Positions 38,830-52,392 of a DNA stretch of 64,000 nt are shown piece by piece. The notes beneath the pieces are model-generated. The model did not search any database. It was not told the origin of the DNA and was given only the letters and a program-made list of their open reading frames with translations. Position 1 is the first letter of the stretch. Each line of letters begins with the position of its first letter. A program made the position numbers and the translations under genes. This DNA comes from Hemiscyllium ocellatum. Taxonomy: Eukaryota. The stretch covers positions 62,001-126,000 of the forward strand of contig NW_026867509.1 in NCBI RefSeq assembly GCF_020745735.1. The letters run 5' to 3'.

Positions 38830-40110
38830 AGGGAGAGTTGCTTGAATTAGAAGTACCTGATTTAGAAGAAACCCACAAACACATAAATAACATCCTCATC
38901 GGTATAAGGTTCACCAAAGAGGCAGAGAATATTAAGAGACTCCCCTTCCTAGACGTCATAGTTGAACGAAAAGGCAAAGGAGAGCTGCAGACTAGCCTTA
39001 AATGGAAAGTGACACAACTGATCATACGTTCAACAACAGGAACAGCCAACCCAACATCCACAAACAGAGCAACATCAGGACATTATTTAAAAGAGCGCCA
39101 ACGAACTGTAGCAACCTGGACCTCCGAGAAGTAGAGGAAAATATCTATACAATCTATTCAGGTACAACAATTATCCAATAAGTGCATCTCACCAATCCTG
39201 ACACAACAGAAGTAAAAATTAAGACACAACACACCTAGAGACGATGGTCACCCTTCTAGATATTAAATGCGTCTCAGAGATGAAAACCAGACTCATGATA
39301 GTCAACGGACCTAATACGACTGATACAGCTCCGAATGGTTTTATATTACCCCTTACGAGCAAGTAGCAGAACGAACCTCATTTCTAAATACCCTGCAAGG
39401 CCTGCAGAAAACATTACATTGGACAGACGAGCAGGAAGCTATCCACCAGGATACATTAGCACCAAATTGCCACCAAATGACAAGACCAAACATCACTAGT
39501 ATTCATATATACAGACGAAGAGCGACATCAGTTCGCGTGGGGCAATACATCCTTCCTGGGACAGAGTTAACAAAGACATGCACGGGAATTCCTTAAGGCC
39601 TGGTTTTCAAACGGGAAATCCATTCACAAGCATATCAATTTGTGCTCTATTTACCAACCTCTCAGAAAAAGAACTAAGGACCCGATACACAGCATGAGCA
39701 AAACCAATGTAGTGTACAAAATCCCATGCACGGACTGCACAAAACATCATATCGGGCAAACAGGAAGACAGCTAACGATCCGCATCCATGAACACCAACT
39801 AGCCACGAAACGACACGTCCAGCGATCCTTAGTAGCCACACAAGCAGATGACAAACAACAGATATTCGACTGGGACAACACTACTATCATAGGGCAAGCC
39901 AAACAGAGAACAGCCAGGGAATTCCGAGAGGCATGGCACTCATCCACCGATTCTATAGCAAACACATCAAACTGGACCCAACATATCGGCCACTGAAGTG
40001 GACAGCTGGAAATGACAACCGGAAGCAGCAGAGACAAACCACTATGAATGCCGGAGGAAACATAACAGAAGCGCTTCACAGGAGGCTCCCAAGCACTGAG
40101 GATGTCACCG
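38830..40110 (+). mobile_element. Penelope-like fragments (RT C-terminus and GIY-YIG endonuclease)
   Basis: IRFTKEAENIKRLPFLDVIVER; KTNVVYKIPCTDCTKHHIGQTGRQLTIRIHEH; truncated terminal repeat at ~40050-40110. Confidence 0.85.
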
Positions 40111-40499
40111 AGACAGTGATGAATGTATGCAACTCATTGTGGAAGGACGCTGTGCAGGCCAAGTCACAAGTGCCTTTTCGGCAGAGATAGATATGATGAG
40201 CTGAATCATGTTGTCCTGCTTTTTTCTATCAAACTATTAAGCGATTGCCTCAAAGGCGAGATTGAGACTGAATTAAAGCGATTATTGCACAAATTTTCAA
40301 TCACAAACCAGCCACACTTTTTCCCCATCGATTACAATTGTGTTTTTGCAAAGTCAGTGAAAAGAAAAGCTGGCATCATATTGTTCAGCACTCGTTTTCC
40401 TTGACTCCCAAGGATTATTCACCCTGCATCACCAGAATAAATAATGCAATAATAACAAAGTGCAATTCGTAATTATTTGGAATAAACACCCAGCCGTTC

Positions 40500-42380
40500 C
40501 TAATTCATTAACTTAACAATTAGTCTCCAAAGATAATTTCCTGCAGTCTTCAATTCCGCTCTGAATTTTCTCTGTGTCACGGCATAAATACAAGTGTTGG
40601 TGCAACAGCTCAGGAGCTGAAGCATATTTCCACTTTCTTGTCGAATGAATCTTGAATCATTGAAATTGGAACCTGAGAAATAAGGTTCGTTTGTAATTTT
40701 CACATAGAGGAAATCTACCACATACGTCATCCATAACAGGATGAAGCTTCCTGAGATGGTGAAGAGTAAAACAATGGACTTTCTCCGGCTCTCCATCTCC
40801 GGATCATTATAATTTTCTCCACTGCTCGTGCTGGCTCGCAGCCGCCTCCGGCTCCACTGGCTGCAAGGACGTGTCTGACAGTCAGAGCATTGAATAGTAA
40901 AATCAGGAGGAAAGGCAGGCCCGGATTTAAAACACGTGCAAACCAATCATAGGCAGTCCACCCTAATGAAGTATAGAAGCTTGATTTTACGTTACAAAAC
41001 CATGGCACCTTGTTGATTGTATATAGTGGTTCATACATAAAGTACCAGGGGATACGTTTTAAACAGCTCAACAAACCGACTAGTCCTATGACCACAGCCG
41101 CTGTTTTCTCTGTGCAATATTGTGTTTTCAGATTCTGACAACAAATGGCTATGAATCTATCGAAGGTGAAAGCAACAGTTAACCAGACAGAACTTTCTGT
41201 GGCTGCGTAGATGATCACCGTACTGAGTGTACCGGCAGGCGTCATGGACATAAAACTAACTGGGAAATAAATGCCAGTGATCCGATTGAATAGCACAGCG
41301 CTGATAACCACCAAGAGATCTGCCACGGCCATGGAAACCAAATACCGAGTGATGCTTCCAGAAAGATCACATCTTCCACGGGCGAGGATCACGACAGCCA
41401 TCACATTTACTGAAAGGGGGAAAGAAATTGTAAACGACTAACCAGATACATAATATTGCAAGGTTTGATAATTAAGCATACTTTATGATTGGAAACAAAA
41501 GCATTTATTTTTGCAACTCCAATGACACGTCCCTCTCACTAATAATAGCACCAACTTACATTTACGTAGCACCTTTATTATAATTGTTATAAGATGCTTC
41601 AGAAAAAAGTTATAGGGTAAATTTCGATGCTGACATACAGAAGGTAATTTACATATACAAGAAAAACTAAACTTAGCATTGGGTTACCATACATTCTTCA
41701 AATAAACTACAATCAGACTTGAAAACGTCAAGATAATACTGGTATCAAATCAGATTCAAACCTCATGAACATTGATATAGCTGCACAGGTACTTTCACAT
41801 TCATGCTGCCTTTCAAACAAAAGTACATTTTGCTGATCCAAATATAGGACAGGGTCGTCCTTGAAGAGCAAACTAATAATGGCTCAGAATTTTTTGCCCA
41901 ACAGGAAATGTTTCCAAGTCAAGCGTTTTACACTTCAGAGGGGCATAAAGACTCCAGTACGAGGGTGTGTACTGAATCAGAAGGAAAGTTAAATTCATCA
42001 CAATTCCAGAGGATCTTCGGGCTGTGTACTCACTGGAGAGGTGACTAGTGGTGGTTTAACGGAAGTGTATCCGCATGTCGGGCGACTGAAGTGTTGTTAT
42101 TTCCAGAAATAGCATTAACAATGCAGTTGGAGCTTTTGAGACAATCCACAATCCAAGATTGAGATTTGCACTCATGTCAAATTTTTATTATGTGGCTTTT
42201 CATTTCACATCCAGCTGTCGATCATTATGACATGCTTTCAGTTGTCAATGGCCGCACTAACTCATTGAATCAGTTCTTTACACAATTATTTATTCAGTAC
42301 AATGACTCACCGGGGGCTCCAATGGCAGCGAGAATTGGATAGTAAATTGCATACACTGGACCATCTATTCGACCATGCAT
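40500..42380 (-). pseudogene. GPR139-like class A GPCR, gene D (exon 1 42380-42311, exon 2 41409-40500), 1-bp frameshift
   Basis: Exon 1 MHGRIDGPVYAIYYPILAAIGAP-G|GTGAGT; acceptor CCCTTTCAG|TA AAT (VNVMAVVIL); FTFDRFIAICC. One base is missing at ~40850 (GCC[C]GG AGG, ...ARRRLR). Confidence 0.88.
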
Positions 42381-45300
42381 TTTTTTAATATTTGAAAAGT
42401 TGGTCTCTGCTCTCTGATTGTCGATCACAGGCATTGCCTCTGACAGGCTCAGAGACGCACCAATTTATAATGGTTGCAAGTCCACAGAGAGCCAATTATG
42501 CTCTCTCGGCCTTTAGAGTTCTTTGAACAACAGACGCTGCTTGCCACTTCCTATTTGGCAGACATGAGAACGTTGGGAAAAGTAGTCAAATCCTGATGTC
42601 CAATGCTGATGTATTGTATGTGTATAATAGTACAGTGTATAATATGTTTGTACTTCATCAAAATAAAACTGGTTTTCGTCCTGTGGGATTTTGCATCAGC
42701 GACCCAAAAAAGGAATATCATTGATCATGAAACCAGGCTAAGAACACTGTGATTACGTTAAATCAAGTGATTATGGTGATGAAAATGATGATTACATACT
42801 ATTTAAAGTACTTCAACAACAGAAGTTGTACTGATGCAACAGAGAGCGTTTCCACACAATGGAACTTATATACACACAAATGAAAGACAGAAGGTCTAAA
42901 CTCACAATGATAATTATGGAAAATAAATTGCAAATGGGGAAATTTCCAAACTAAATCGGAATGGAACCTCGGTCATTATAATGAAATATAAGTGTTTGTG
43001 AGATATTAGAGGAGATGTAGGAGCGATATTTCAAAATGTCTGACACTGCGACAGTGAAAAAAACCTCAAAAACGTTTCAAGTCAGGTAGATTTGTGATCA
43101 TATGTATAGCTGTCTGGGTTGTTCTAAGCAGTGGAGTTCGCAGGAGCGAAGGTGGTGTTCGATGGAACTCAGTAGATTCTGGGCGTTTCCTGTCAGGGAC
43201 TATTTTGAAAAAATTGAGAGGTGATTTCATTGAAACAATTTCATTTGTCAAGTGCTCCTTTCAGGGTAGAGGCTGCGGACGCTTGGTAGTTTAACAATTG
43301 GTTTTACACAATACTTAAATCAGCTTTTGTGGAAATATATTGTTGTGTGGTTGAATAAAGATAGATAATCATCCATGATCCCATTGAATAATGAAAAATA
43401 CTCAAAACTTTAACTGACTCGAATAATCGCAGTTCTTATGTTCGTACAAAATTAATTGACTATTCAACTGTTTGGTGGAAAGGTCTTCAGCTGAAAATTG
43501 CACCGACCTGAAATTCTTGAGCTGGCTGGGCCATTTGTTTTCATAGTAACATGGAACCAGAAAGCGAATTCAAAGGAATCTTTTAAATTATGAGCGGGTT
43601 CAATGAGATGGATGTGGAGCCATTTTCTTTTCGTTTTAGGTCTCGAATAAATAGGAACCACTCGCATGACAGAGCTTACGATGGAGAGCGTTTCTACACA
43701 GCATCACAATACGGTGCTGAACTCTTCTGTTTATTCGAGCAATTTCTAGAAAAGCTCACTTCGCCTCGTAATCTGTTAAAATGTGAGTGACAGCGAACGT
43801 CCAAATTCCACTATTTAAAGAAAATAAAGTGAACACTCAACAACAATTTTTCACATCTCTAAGACTCGCTTCCACTTAACTGCTTATTAACTGCTTCCAA
43901 GTCTGTAATAATATGCTGTTCCAATAAGATACTTATGAAAATATCAACAATGTAAATTCAAAACCACGCAGCAACTATCGTTTTCTGTTTCTGTCTCTTT
44001 CCATCCGAAATGTCCCTTCGTCGTCTTCTTTCGTTTTACTGTCGACAATTATGAAATGAAAAGGTTATTTTGATAGAGAGTGCTTCGAAATTCTTGGATC
44101 TGTGTTGATGGCACTTTCTCAATATGATGTTCAAATGTCTGCCTTTTTACATTCCCTACAATGGACCATCTTTTTGATTCAAAATGTTGGCAAAACAATA
44201 CATTCAAACTCAATTTCCTTTCATTATCCTGAACCATAATTTAAACTGATCAATTAAATTTGAATTTCTATAAAAACAGCAACCAACACAGGTATCTATT
44301 TTGTAGCCAAATGTTGTATATTTTCAATTCTCCAGTACACTCTGAGACGGCTCCCTAGTCTTTTACACAGGTGCTTGTGAGCTCTTAAGATAGCTCACCA
44401 TTCACTGTCGTATAGGAACAGTGCACACCATCAACTTCATAACAAGAGAAACGCATGAAAACAATAATCTCGTAGAAATATGCAGTGAGTGGAGAATAAA
44501 AATTGAGTTTGAAGGAAGGAATATGGAGGCACACATATTTAAGGGCAATAGCTCGCTCTTGGTCGATTGGCTCCAGTGGAGAAGAAACGTGTGTATCCTC
44601 ATTCTGAATCGACCAACCTGTCCCAAGATCCAAGAGAGATTTTAAAGTAAAATTCAGACAAAGGTGCGCTCAGTGAACACGGGAGAGAATCGTCAAATGG
44701 GTTGTTGGAACTGAAATTACCACACATGCAGAAAGAGCACTTTTCACTGAGCAATAGTAAAACCGCAGCAGAATATGCACAAATGGAAAGCAACCAACAG
44801 TTGAGAGAATTAAAGGCACGATCTCACGCTGGTCACACCACAACCTCTGTATTATCGGTATAGAATTCACGTTAACCTTCATGTGTAAACTGAAACAAAT
44901 GTAAAATTGAAAACAAAGTCGATCCTCTTGCAGCATGGAAACAATGAAACGGAATGCAAAACAGGCAGAAGGTCTCATGGCTTGTTCAATTTATAGCGAT
45001 GCTTTGTTTTTCGCGTGATTTTCCTTGTCATGAAATCTGTACTTTCTATTGCATTTTCCAATGTGCCATGATGGAACACTGTTTGATTACGTCCCTGGCC
45101 GTCTTCATCATTTGTCACATTAAAGTTTGTAATTTATTGTTGAATCCACAGACACTTCTGTAAAATTTAATAGTCCATTTTTCTCACATGAATCATGTCA
45201 CTTTGGCATCTAGTATATTGCAATACAGATAAAATACGAAATCAGATTTAATCCAGAGATTAATGGGTTTCCTTTATAAAATGAGAAGAGGAAAATCTAT

Positions 45301-45382
45301 AAAATGAAAATAACCTGTAGATTCAGTTCACTGGCCTGTACAAAGCATTATATTTTTCTGCCTGTACAAAACATTATAATCA

Positions 45383-45420
45383 GGTTTCGTTCTGCTCTGT
45401 CCGTGGTCGACGTCAATGTG
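45383..45420 (-). other. Candidate 22/23-spacer RSS
   Basis: CACATTG - 22 nt - AACGAAACC (or a 23-nt spacer with ACGAAACCT). Confidence 0.45.
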
Positions 45421-45502
45421 TACATATTCACACCATAGTTAGGTTTTGGTACAGTTCTCTCCGTGCTCTAGCTTATTGCGTCTGTCATCGTTATCCTGTT
45501 CA

Positions 45503-45540
45503 TGTTTTTGCACAGCTCTCGCCGTCTCTGTATCACTGTG
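45503..45540 (-). other. Near-consensus 22-spacer RSS
   Basis: CACAGTG - ATACAGAGACGGCGAGAGCTGT (22 nt) - GCAAAAACA. Confidence 0.75.
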
Positions 45541-45600
45541 CCTTCGGCAGTGGAGGTTTGTTAAGGGGGACTCTGGGACCCCCCCAAAAAAAACTGGAGT
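45541..45600 (-). pseudogene. Putative internally deleted V-segment remnant
   Basis: Acceptor-like TTTAATCCCACAG, then 60 nt containing CAG AGT CCC CCT (QSPP, FR1-like) and ending CAC TGC CGA AGG, abutting the RSS. Interpretation uncertain. Confidence 0.35.
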
Positions 45601-47039
45601 CTGTGGGATTAAACACGAAGTTTGTTAAATTACCCTTTATCTAGGAAACATCCAATTGGTGATAACAGCAATTCAAGCATATTTCTTCTTTTGTAGCAGG
45701 TTCCAGACGTTTTATCTCTAATTAACATCAAAATGACAAGCAGAGAGATGTCCTTTTCTTTTGGAAAATAGAACAGCAAGTTGTTCTGATCAGGAGCACA
45801 TAGCAGAATGACTCAAGAATAACTCGCAAACAGGAATTCGTAGAAAATAAATGAAGCATTGAATAATTCCAGGAACACGGGAAAATGTCAGGGGAATGGT
45901 CACAATTTGAAAGTAAATTTGAAAAATCTGCAGGAAGCTGATGGAGAGTAAAATGAGAGTCTGTTCTTTCTAATTCCTTGATTTTAATTGAATACTGTGG
46001 ATAATACAAACATTTCAGAGATAGTTTAATAGTTAATTCTCCTTTTCACTGAGCCACTTGCTTTCAGAATTAGTTGATAGAGAGTAAAATCAGAGGATGT
46101 GTTTGTGTTTTCATGCATATTTGAAATCTGGAACCCACAGTCCAAATCCGAGCTCAATGCTCCTTCCTAGTTATGTATTCGTAGGTGATCGGGAGCTGTC
46201 CGTCGAACTGCTTCAATCTACTGAGTGCAAGTACATCCAAAATTCAGTGAATGAGTGTTTCCAGGATTTGACTGATCGGCAATGAAAGAATGAATCATCT
46301 TTATCAGTCAGGATGGTGTTGGAACTTACAGGTATTGGTTCTTCCACGTATCCACTTTCTTGGTTATATCACAGTCCACAGAAATATTCAATTGAGTGCA
46401 GCTTGGTCCAAGCTGAGAACGGTCAAATGAAAATTGAATTGAATAATGAATAGACCGAGTACAGAAGAGAAGATGGCCATTTGACCTGGCATGCTTGCAC
46501 TAACTGTCTGAAGGAGAATCTCATATGTGTGAACGAAACAAGTTCTTGCCCAGCTCCAATATTCCTTCACTGCTTCTGTAAGCTCCGCTACGATGAATTA
46601 ACGCAATTGGCACGTATGCTTTGCTAAACATAATTTTGACTGATCTCGCTGCCTCAGGAAACAGTGCACAAGCATCCCAAGATTCTCTGTTCAGCTCACT
46701 AGTGCCCGACAGTTTAGGAAGACAGTCTTATCTTGTTACATCTGCCCTCATTACCGAGAAGGCGTTTGAGTGTCATTGCCGTGAGTCTTGAGTTAAATGT
46801 ATTCTTGAAAAGGTAAGGATTGAAAATGTCTTCCCGAAAATGTATTATCAAATTTAGATTCGATTTGCACTGATATGCCAATATGATCATTTAGAAAATC
46901 CAGGATTGGAAATCTCAAGTCTTTTTGCACTCTGAGGGATATGCCAGCGGACACCCAGCCTCCAGTCGCACAAGCAACTTCCGATGAATCAGCAAACATG
47001 GATACAAAATGCTAAGCGATTTGAGATTCCACATCCTTT

Positions 47040-47340
47040 TCACGTTTTTGTCCGTTTTGCGTGTGGGAATCTTTCAAAGGATTTTCTGAAATCCGCATGA
47101 ATTACATCAAGTACATTATCCACACCTACTTTACCATCACCACTTCAAATGATTCAACTTTGAAATGATTGGCATGAGTCAAAACTGTATTAGCTATCCC
47201 TGATAAAGGTTTCCTCTCGAAGCAGAGTGTAATTCTGTCCATCAGAAAAGATGTCAATATGGCAATCACTGCTCTATATTCAGACCACATTTCTTGAAAA
47301 TTGGAAGCCACACTAGCTGGTCTCCAGTACTCTTGCACCC
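47040..47340 (-). mobile_element. Old CR1 RT fragment
   Basis: VDNVLDVIHADFRKSFERFPH (YLDFxKAFDKVPH-like) and EYWRPASV. Confidence 0.65.
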
Positions 47341-47544
47341 GCTCTGAGACCGCAGTAACACCAAATGTTTTGGGGCAACTACTCTTTGATGTTCTTCCTC
47401 ATTTCCCATCGCAGACTAAGATACAATACACCCGGACCTTGGATTTCCTCTCTGATCTCCCAGATGAAGTGATGTATGTCTCAAAAATAAACTGAGACTG
47501 AAAATTAATTTGACAGTTGACAGGAGACCTTTGGAGTCATTTAC

Positions 47545-47597
47545 CTTCTGTGACAGTCACAATGGTTCCACGTCCATCCACAGGATCATATTTCCAA
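47545..47597 (-). other. NAR/IgH-type J gene segment
   Basis: WKYDPVDGRGTIVTVTE-G|GTAAAT: a GxGTxVTV motif with a phase-1 donor. The 5' RSS is degenerate (best candidate CAGAATG-23-ACCAACCTC at 47598-47636). Confidence 0.6.
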
Positions 47598-47932
47598 CAG
47601 AATGACTGCTCTCTCAGTCAGGCCAGAACCAACCTCATTTTGCAAAACAATCCACCCTGCCTCTAATTCGTCAAAAGATTTCCATCAATTAATAATATTT
47701 CATACTTTTCACATTCTGTTGAATCGGAGAGTAATTCAGGAGACTCTGGGATCTTAGCAAGTTGACCCAGAAACAAACATCACAGATGAACACTTGATGG
47801 AAATGCAGATAAAATGCCATGACAAGATAACCGAAGAAGGATATTTTGACAATTTTTTCCCACCAAGGACACATAATACAATGAATCACTTTTTCAAACG
47901 AGAGAGCAATGAACGTATCATTATTGCACTAT

Positions 47933-48005
47933 GATATTTGTTCAGCTCTCATCAATTGTGGTTTCCAAATAACTGTACACAGTGTTTCTAATCAACATAA
48001 ACATC
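47933..48005 (-). other. D gene segment (core 47961-47977) flanked by two 12-spacer RSSs
   Basis: CACAGTG-12-ATAAACATC (47978-48005) and CACAATT-12-ACAAATATC (47960-47933) around a 17-nt core TACAGTTATTTGGAAAC. Confidence 0.7.
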
Positions 48006-48059
48006 TCCGGTTATCTTCTTTGTGCCAAATCTGCAAATGTAAGATGATTTGGCCGTGTC

Positions 48060-51000
48060 ACTTTTTCCCATTGGTCCAAGTATGAGCGAGCTAAGGGACT
48101 TAGCCATGGGAATGACATAGGTAAAAACTGGGGTGAGATCCGAAAAGCAGAATTCAGTGAGTTAGCAGCCAAGTTCAAAACCAGGACCAAAGAAGTAATA
48201 ATCTCCGGATTGCTACAAGTGCCGCTTGCCAGTCAGAGTAGAAATGAAAAAAAAAGCAGTATGAATGCATGACTTGAGATATAGTGCAAGAGGTAGGGGT
48301 TAACATGTTTGCAACAGTGGGACCGATTCTGGGGGTGATGGTACTACTACAGTTTCGATGGTCTATGTCTGGGCCAGACAGGAACCAATGGCCATGCCAG
48401 TGCTTTTATTAACTCTTCCGGGGAAGGGTAAACTAACTTTGCAAGGGGATGGGAACTAAATGAGGAGTACAGTGGGCCGTAAGGAGTTATAACTAAAGCC
48501 TGAAAAGAACTCGATCATGAAGTGACCATGACTAAGGTGAAAAATAGGCAGGGAGCAGATGATGAATGCAAAGGGAGAGGTGATCTGAGGTGCATTTGTT
48601 TTAATGCGAGATGTGTCGTCGGCAAATCAGATAAACTTAGGTCTTTGATTAGTATCTGGGAGTATGATGGTGTTGTTATTACTGAGACGTGGTAGATGGA
48701 AGGGCATGATTGGCAACTAAATATCCCAGAAGATAGATGCTTCCGGAGGGATAGAGAGGGAGGAAAAGGGGTGGTTGAACAGCATTACTGGTCAAGATGG
48801 TACCACAGGTATTCAGGATTCGAACAGTGAAGAAATCGGGGCAGAGGTCAGACACAGGAAGGGTGCTGTAACAATGTTGGGGCTGTACCGCAGGCCTCCC
48901 AACAGCAAGTGTGAGGTAGTGGTACAAATATGTCAACAAATTGTGGAAAGATTTAGGAACAACGGGGTGGTGGCGATATGAGATTTTATGTTTCCAAACA
49001 ACGACTGGGGATCAAGTGTGTTAGAAGTTTAATTGGAGCAGAATTTGCAAGGAGCATCCAGGTCAGACTTATAAAGCCGGATGTAAATACTGCAAAGGGA
49101 AAGTTCGACTTGGTGTTGTCGAATGAGCTTGGCCATTTGTTTGATGTTTCAGTAGGGTAGAAATTTGGGAATACTGATCACAATAATGTAAGTTTTAGAA
49201 TACTCATGAACAAAGGTAAGAGTTGCCCTCAATGAAGAGTTTTATACTGGGGCAAGGCCAACTATAGAAAATTTCGGCAGGAGTTAGGGAATGTGGATTG
49301 TGATCAGCTGATGAAGGCAAATCCGCAGTTGATATGTGTGAGGCTTTTAAAGAGAGATTGGTTTTTAAACAGAGGATAGGTAAGTACATGTGAAAAGGAA
49401 GGGGGAGAATTGGCAAGATCATGGGAACTATGAATGACAGGTAAAATTATGAAATTTGGGAAAAGGAAGAAACAAAGCATGCATAATGTTCAGGTGACTG
49501 AACACAGACAAAGCTTTGGAAGGATATCAGAAAAGATTTGCCAGTCTGAACGGAGGTATTAAGAGGGTAAAAAGGGGTCATAAATCATTTCAACTGGCGG
49601 GATTAAGGTAACTTCCAAAGCGTTCAGATATGAGGAGCAAGTGGGTAATTAGAGAAAGGACCAGCCCACTCAAGGGCAGAGGAGGAAAGTTATGCGTAGA
49701 GTCAGAAAAAAGGGATGTGATTCTTCCTGAGTACTTTGCGGCGATATTTTTCCAGGAGAGGCACATGATGTATGAGGTTTGGAATAGATATTTGATTATT
49801 CTAGGTCAAGTCAGCATAGGAGGGAGGAAGTGTTGTGTGTTCAGGCAATAAGTCGGACAAGTTACCAGCTCAGGATGGGATACATCCCAGGTTTAGTGAA
49901 GGAAATGTGAGAGGAAATACCTGGGGCCTTCACAGATAGTTGTGCCACATCTTTGAGCAAGGGTGAGGTCCCAGAGGACTGGAGAATTTCAACTGTTGTC
50001 CCCTATTTTTGGATGGGTGGCAGGAATAATTCAGATAATTATAGATCAGTGAGCCTGACGTCAGTGGGAGGGAAGCTGCTGGAGAAAACAGTGAGGGATG
50101 GAATCGAATCCCATTTGGAACAAAATGTGTTTATCAGTGATAGGCACCATTGTTCTGTGCGGGGAAGGTTATGTCTTACCTACTTAACAGACCTGTTCAA
50201 GGAAGGGACATAGTTTCTTGATGGAGGAAGGGCTGTATATGTCATATACATGGACTTCAATAATGCGTTTGTTGAGTTACCCATGGTACGCTGATGGCGA
50301 AAATGAAGTTGCAAGAGGTCCAGTATGTACGAGGTAGATGGCTGCACAGTACGACAAAGAGAGTACTGGTGGAAAGGAGTTTCTCAAAAGGAATACTTGT
50401 GAACAGTGATGTTCCACACGGGATCTGCATTGCGAACACATTTGTTGCTGGTATACATAAATGATCTGTGAGTAGGTATAAGTGGCCTGATTAGTAAGTT
50501 TGTTGTGGGCACTGCAGTTGGTGGAGTATCAGATACTGAAGAGTACTGTCAAAATATGCAGCAAAATACAGATAGATTGGAGAGTTGGGTGGAGAAACGA
50601 CAGATGGAGTTCAATGCGGTAAATGTGATGTGATGCATTTTTGGCAGAGCCAAATCAAAATCGAAATATACCATAAATGGAAAAGCCCTGCGGAAAAATG
50701 ATGTACAGAGAGATTTGGGAGTTCAGATTCATTGTGTCCTGAAGGTGGCAACACAGGTCGATAGAATGTTTAACAAGGCATACTGCATCCTTTCCTTCAT
50801 CGGAAGGGGAATTCAGTTCAAGCGTTGGCACGTCATGTTACACTTGTATCAAATTTTAGTTCGGCCTCATTTGGAAAACTGCATGCAGTTCTGGTTGCCA
50901 CAGGACTAAAGGATGTGCATGCTTTGTAGAGGGTGCCGAGGAGGTTCCCTGGGATGGTGCCTAGTATGGGGAGCGCGAGTGATGAAGACAGTTTGCACAG

Positions 51001-51270
51001 ATTTGGATTACTTTCATGAGAACGACGGAGGTTGAGCGGAGGAAATGACTGAGTTCCTCAAGATCATGAGAAGTGTTCACAGGATGGACAGCAAGAAGCT
51101 TCTTTTCCTGACTGGGACATTCAATTACCAGGTGTCACGAGTTCAACGTGAGGGGGAAAAATTGAAAGCAGGTATCGTGGAAAGCTCTCTATGCAGTGGA
51201 CAGAGGGTGCCTGGAATGCGTTCTCAGTAGAGGTGGTACAGGCGGTTATGATAGCGTCATTGATATCTGG
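48060..51270 (+). mobile_element. Degenerate CR1 LINE (ORF1 esterase-like region, APE, RT, 3' end)
   Basis: GNDIG...KTRTKEVIISGLL; DLRCICFNARCVVGKSDKLRSLISIWEYDGVVITETW; RPHLENCMQFWLP. Confidence 0.9.
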
Positions 51271-52006
51271 ATTGGTGCAGGTTTGGAAGTTCGAAGGACT
51301 TCTTCCTGTGGTGGAATTATTTTTATTGTTGTTTGTTCTAAATAAATAGTTATGGTGCATTTGAGTGGGATAAACTTCTGAAAGTCAATGCAGTCTCGAT
51401 AAGCTGATTGGCGGCCTCTTTCGGCACCGGAGCAATTCAAGGATTCCAGTCACCTAACAATTAACTAAATTGAGACATGTTTGCATCTTAACCCGTGCCT
51501 GTGTCTTGTCGCTGAAACACATGTCATGTTTTACAGTATCAACTCATTTCCAAAAACATACGAGGCTTTCTTGAGATTGGAAGATTTTTCATTCTTCTTT
51601 GTTGATGTCGAATGATTTTTCAAGTGGGGAGGGTTGCAACGAGGTGTGGATGTCTTGCACACCAGTCAAAGAAAATAAGCAATTCGCGGTAGCAGGATTG
51701 AAAGCTGGAGGAAGAACATGAGTTAATTATAGTTACACAAATCACTGAATTATTCAGTGCCGATTACAAGCTTTACAGCTCATTCTATAACTTCCAGCTA
51801 AAAGGCAGGTATTCTGCTGAATGAAAATCCAGAAATAGAACGAGATAAAATAACAGATAATTGGTATCGCTTATTTTCAATTTTGTCTCAACACCCTGCA
51901 AATAAGGCTTCCCCTACGTTTATTTTTAAATACTGAGCAGAGGGCTACTTTTCAACTCTATCGTGCTCAGTGGACAGGCACCGAAGAGAGGAGGAGGAGA
52001 ATGTTA

Positions 52007-52392
52007 GGACTGCAGATTCTGGAGATGACAACGAAAAAGTGTGGTGCTGGAAAAGCAGAGCAGGTCAGGCAGCATGTGAGAAGCAGGAGAGTCGATGTTT
52101 CTGACATGAGACTGTCATCAGAAATCGAGAAGGCCCAAGGGAGCAGAGAGACAAGTAGAAGCAAGATAGGACTGGGAGATGGTAGTCGGGTAGCGACAGG
52201 CACATGAAATTTGGGGTTGATGGTGGTTGATCGGAACACGGCATCGGGCAGACAGATGGGAAGAAAGATGAACGGACACCTTGCCATACACCACGCTCCC
52301 CATCAAGCTCCTGATGGAGTACTTCGGCCTAAAATGTCGACTCTCCTGCCCCTCGGCTGCTGCCTTACCTGCTGTGCTTTTTCTTAGTGCCA
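52007..52392. mobile_element. Inverted Penelope-like terminal repeats (paralog of 3363-3746)
   Basis: 52007-52125 vs 52309-52392 in inverted orientation. Confidence 0.7.

Noticed and set aside
44670-44978. FYYCSV motif suggesting a V-domain end
   Set aside because: No D-x-A/G motif, no first Cys/Trp and no RSS after it.
51440-51500. ARV...LVNC resembling the start of an IgNAR V
   Set aside because: Spacing to the Cys is too short, there is no Trp or second Cys motif, and it is not preserved in copy A.
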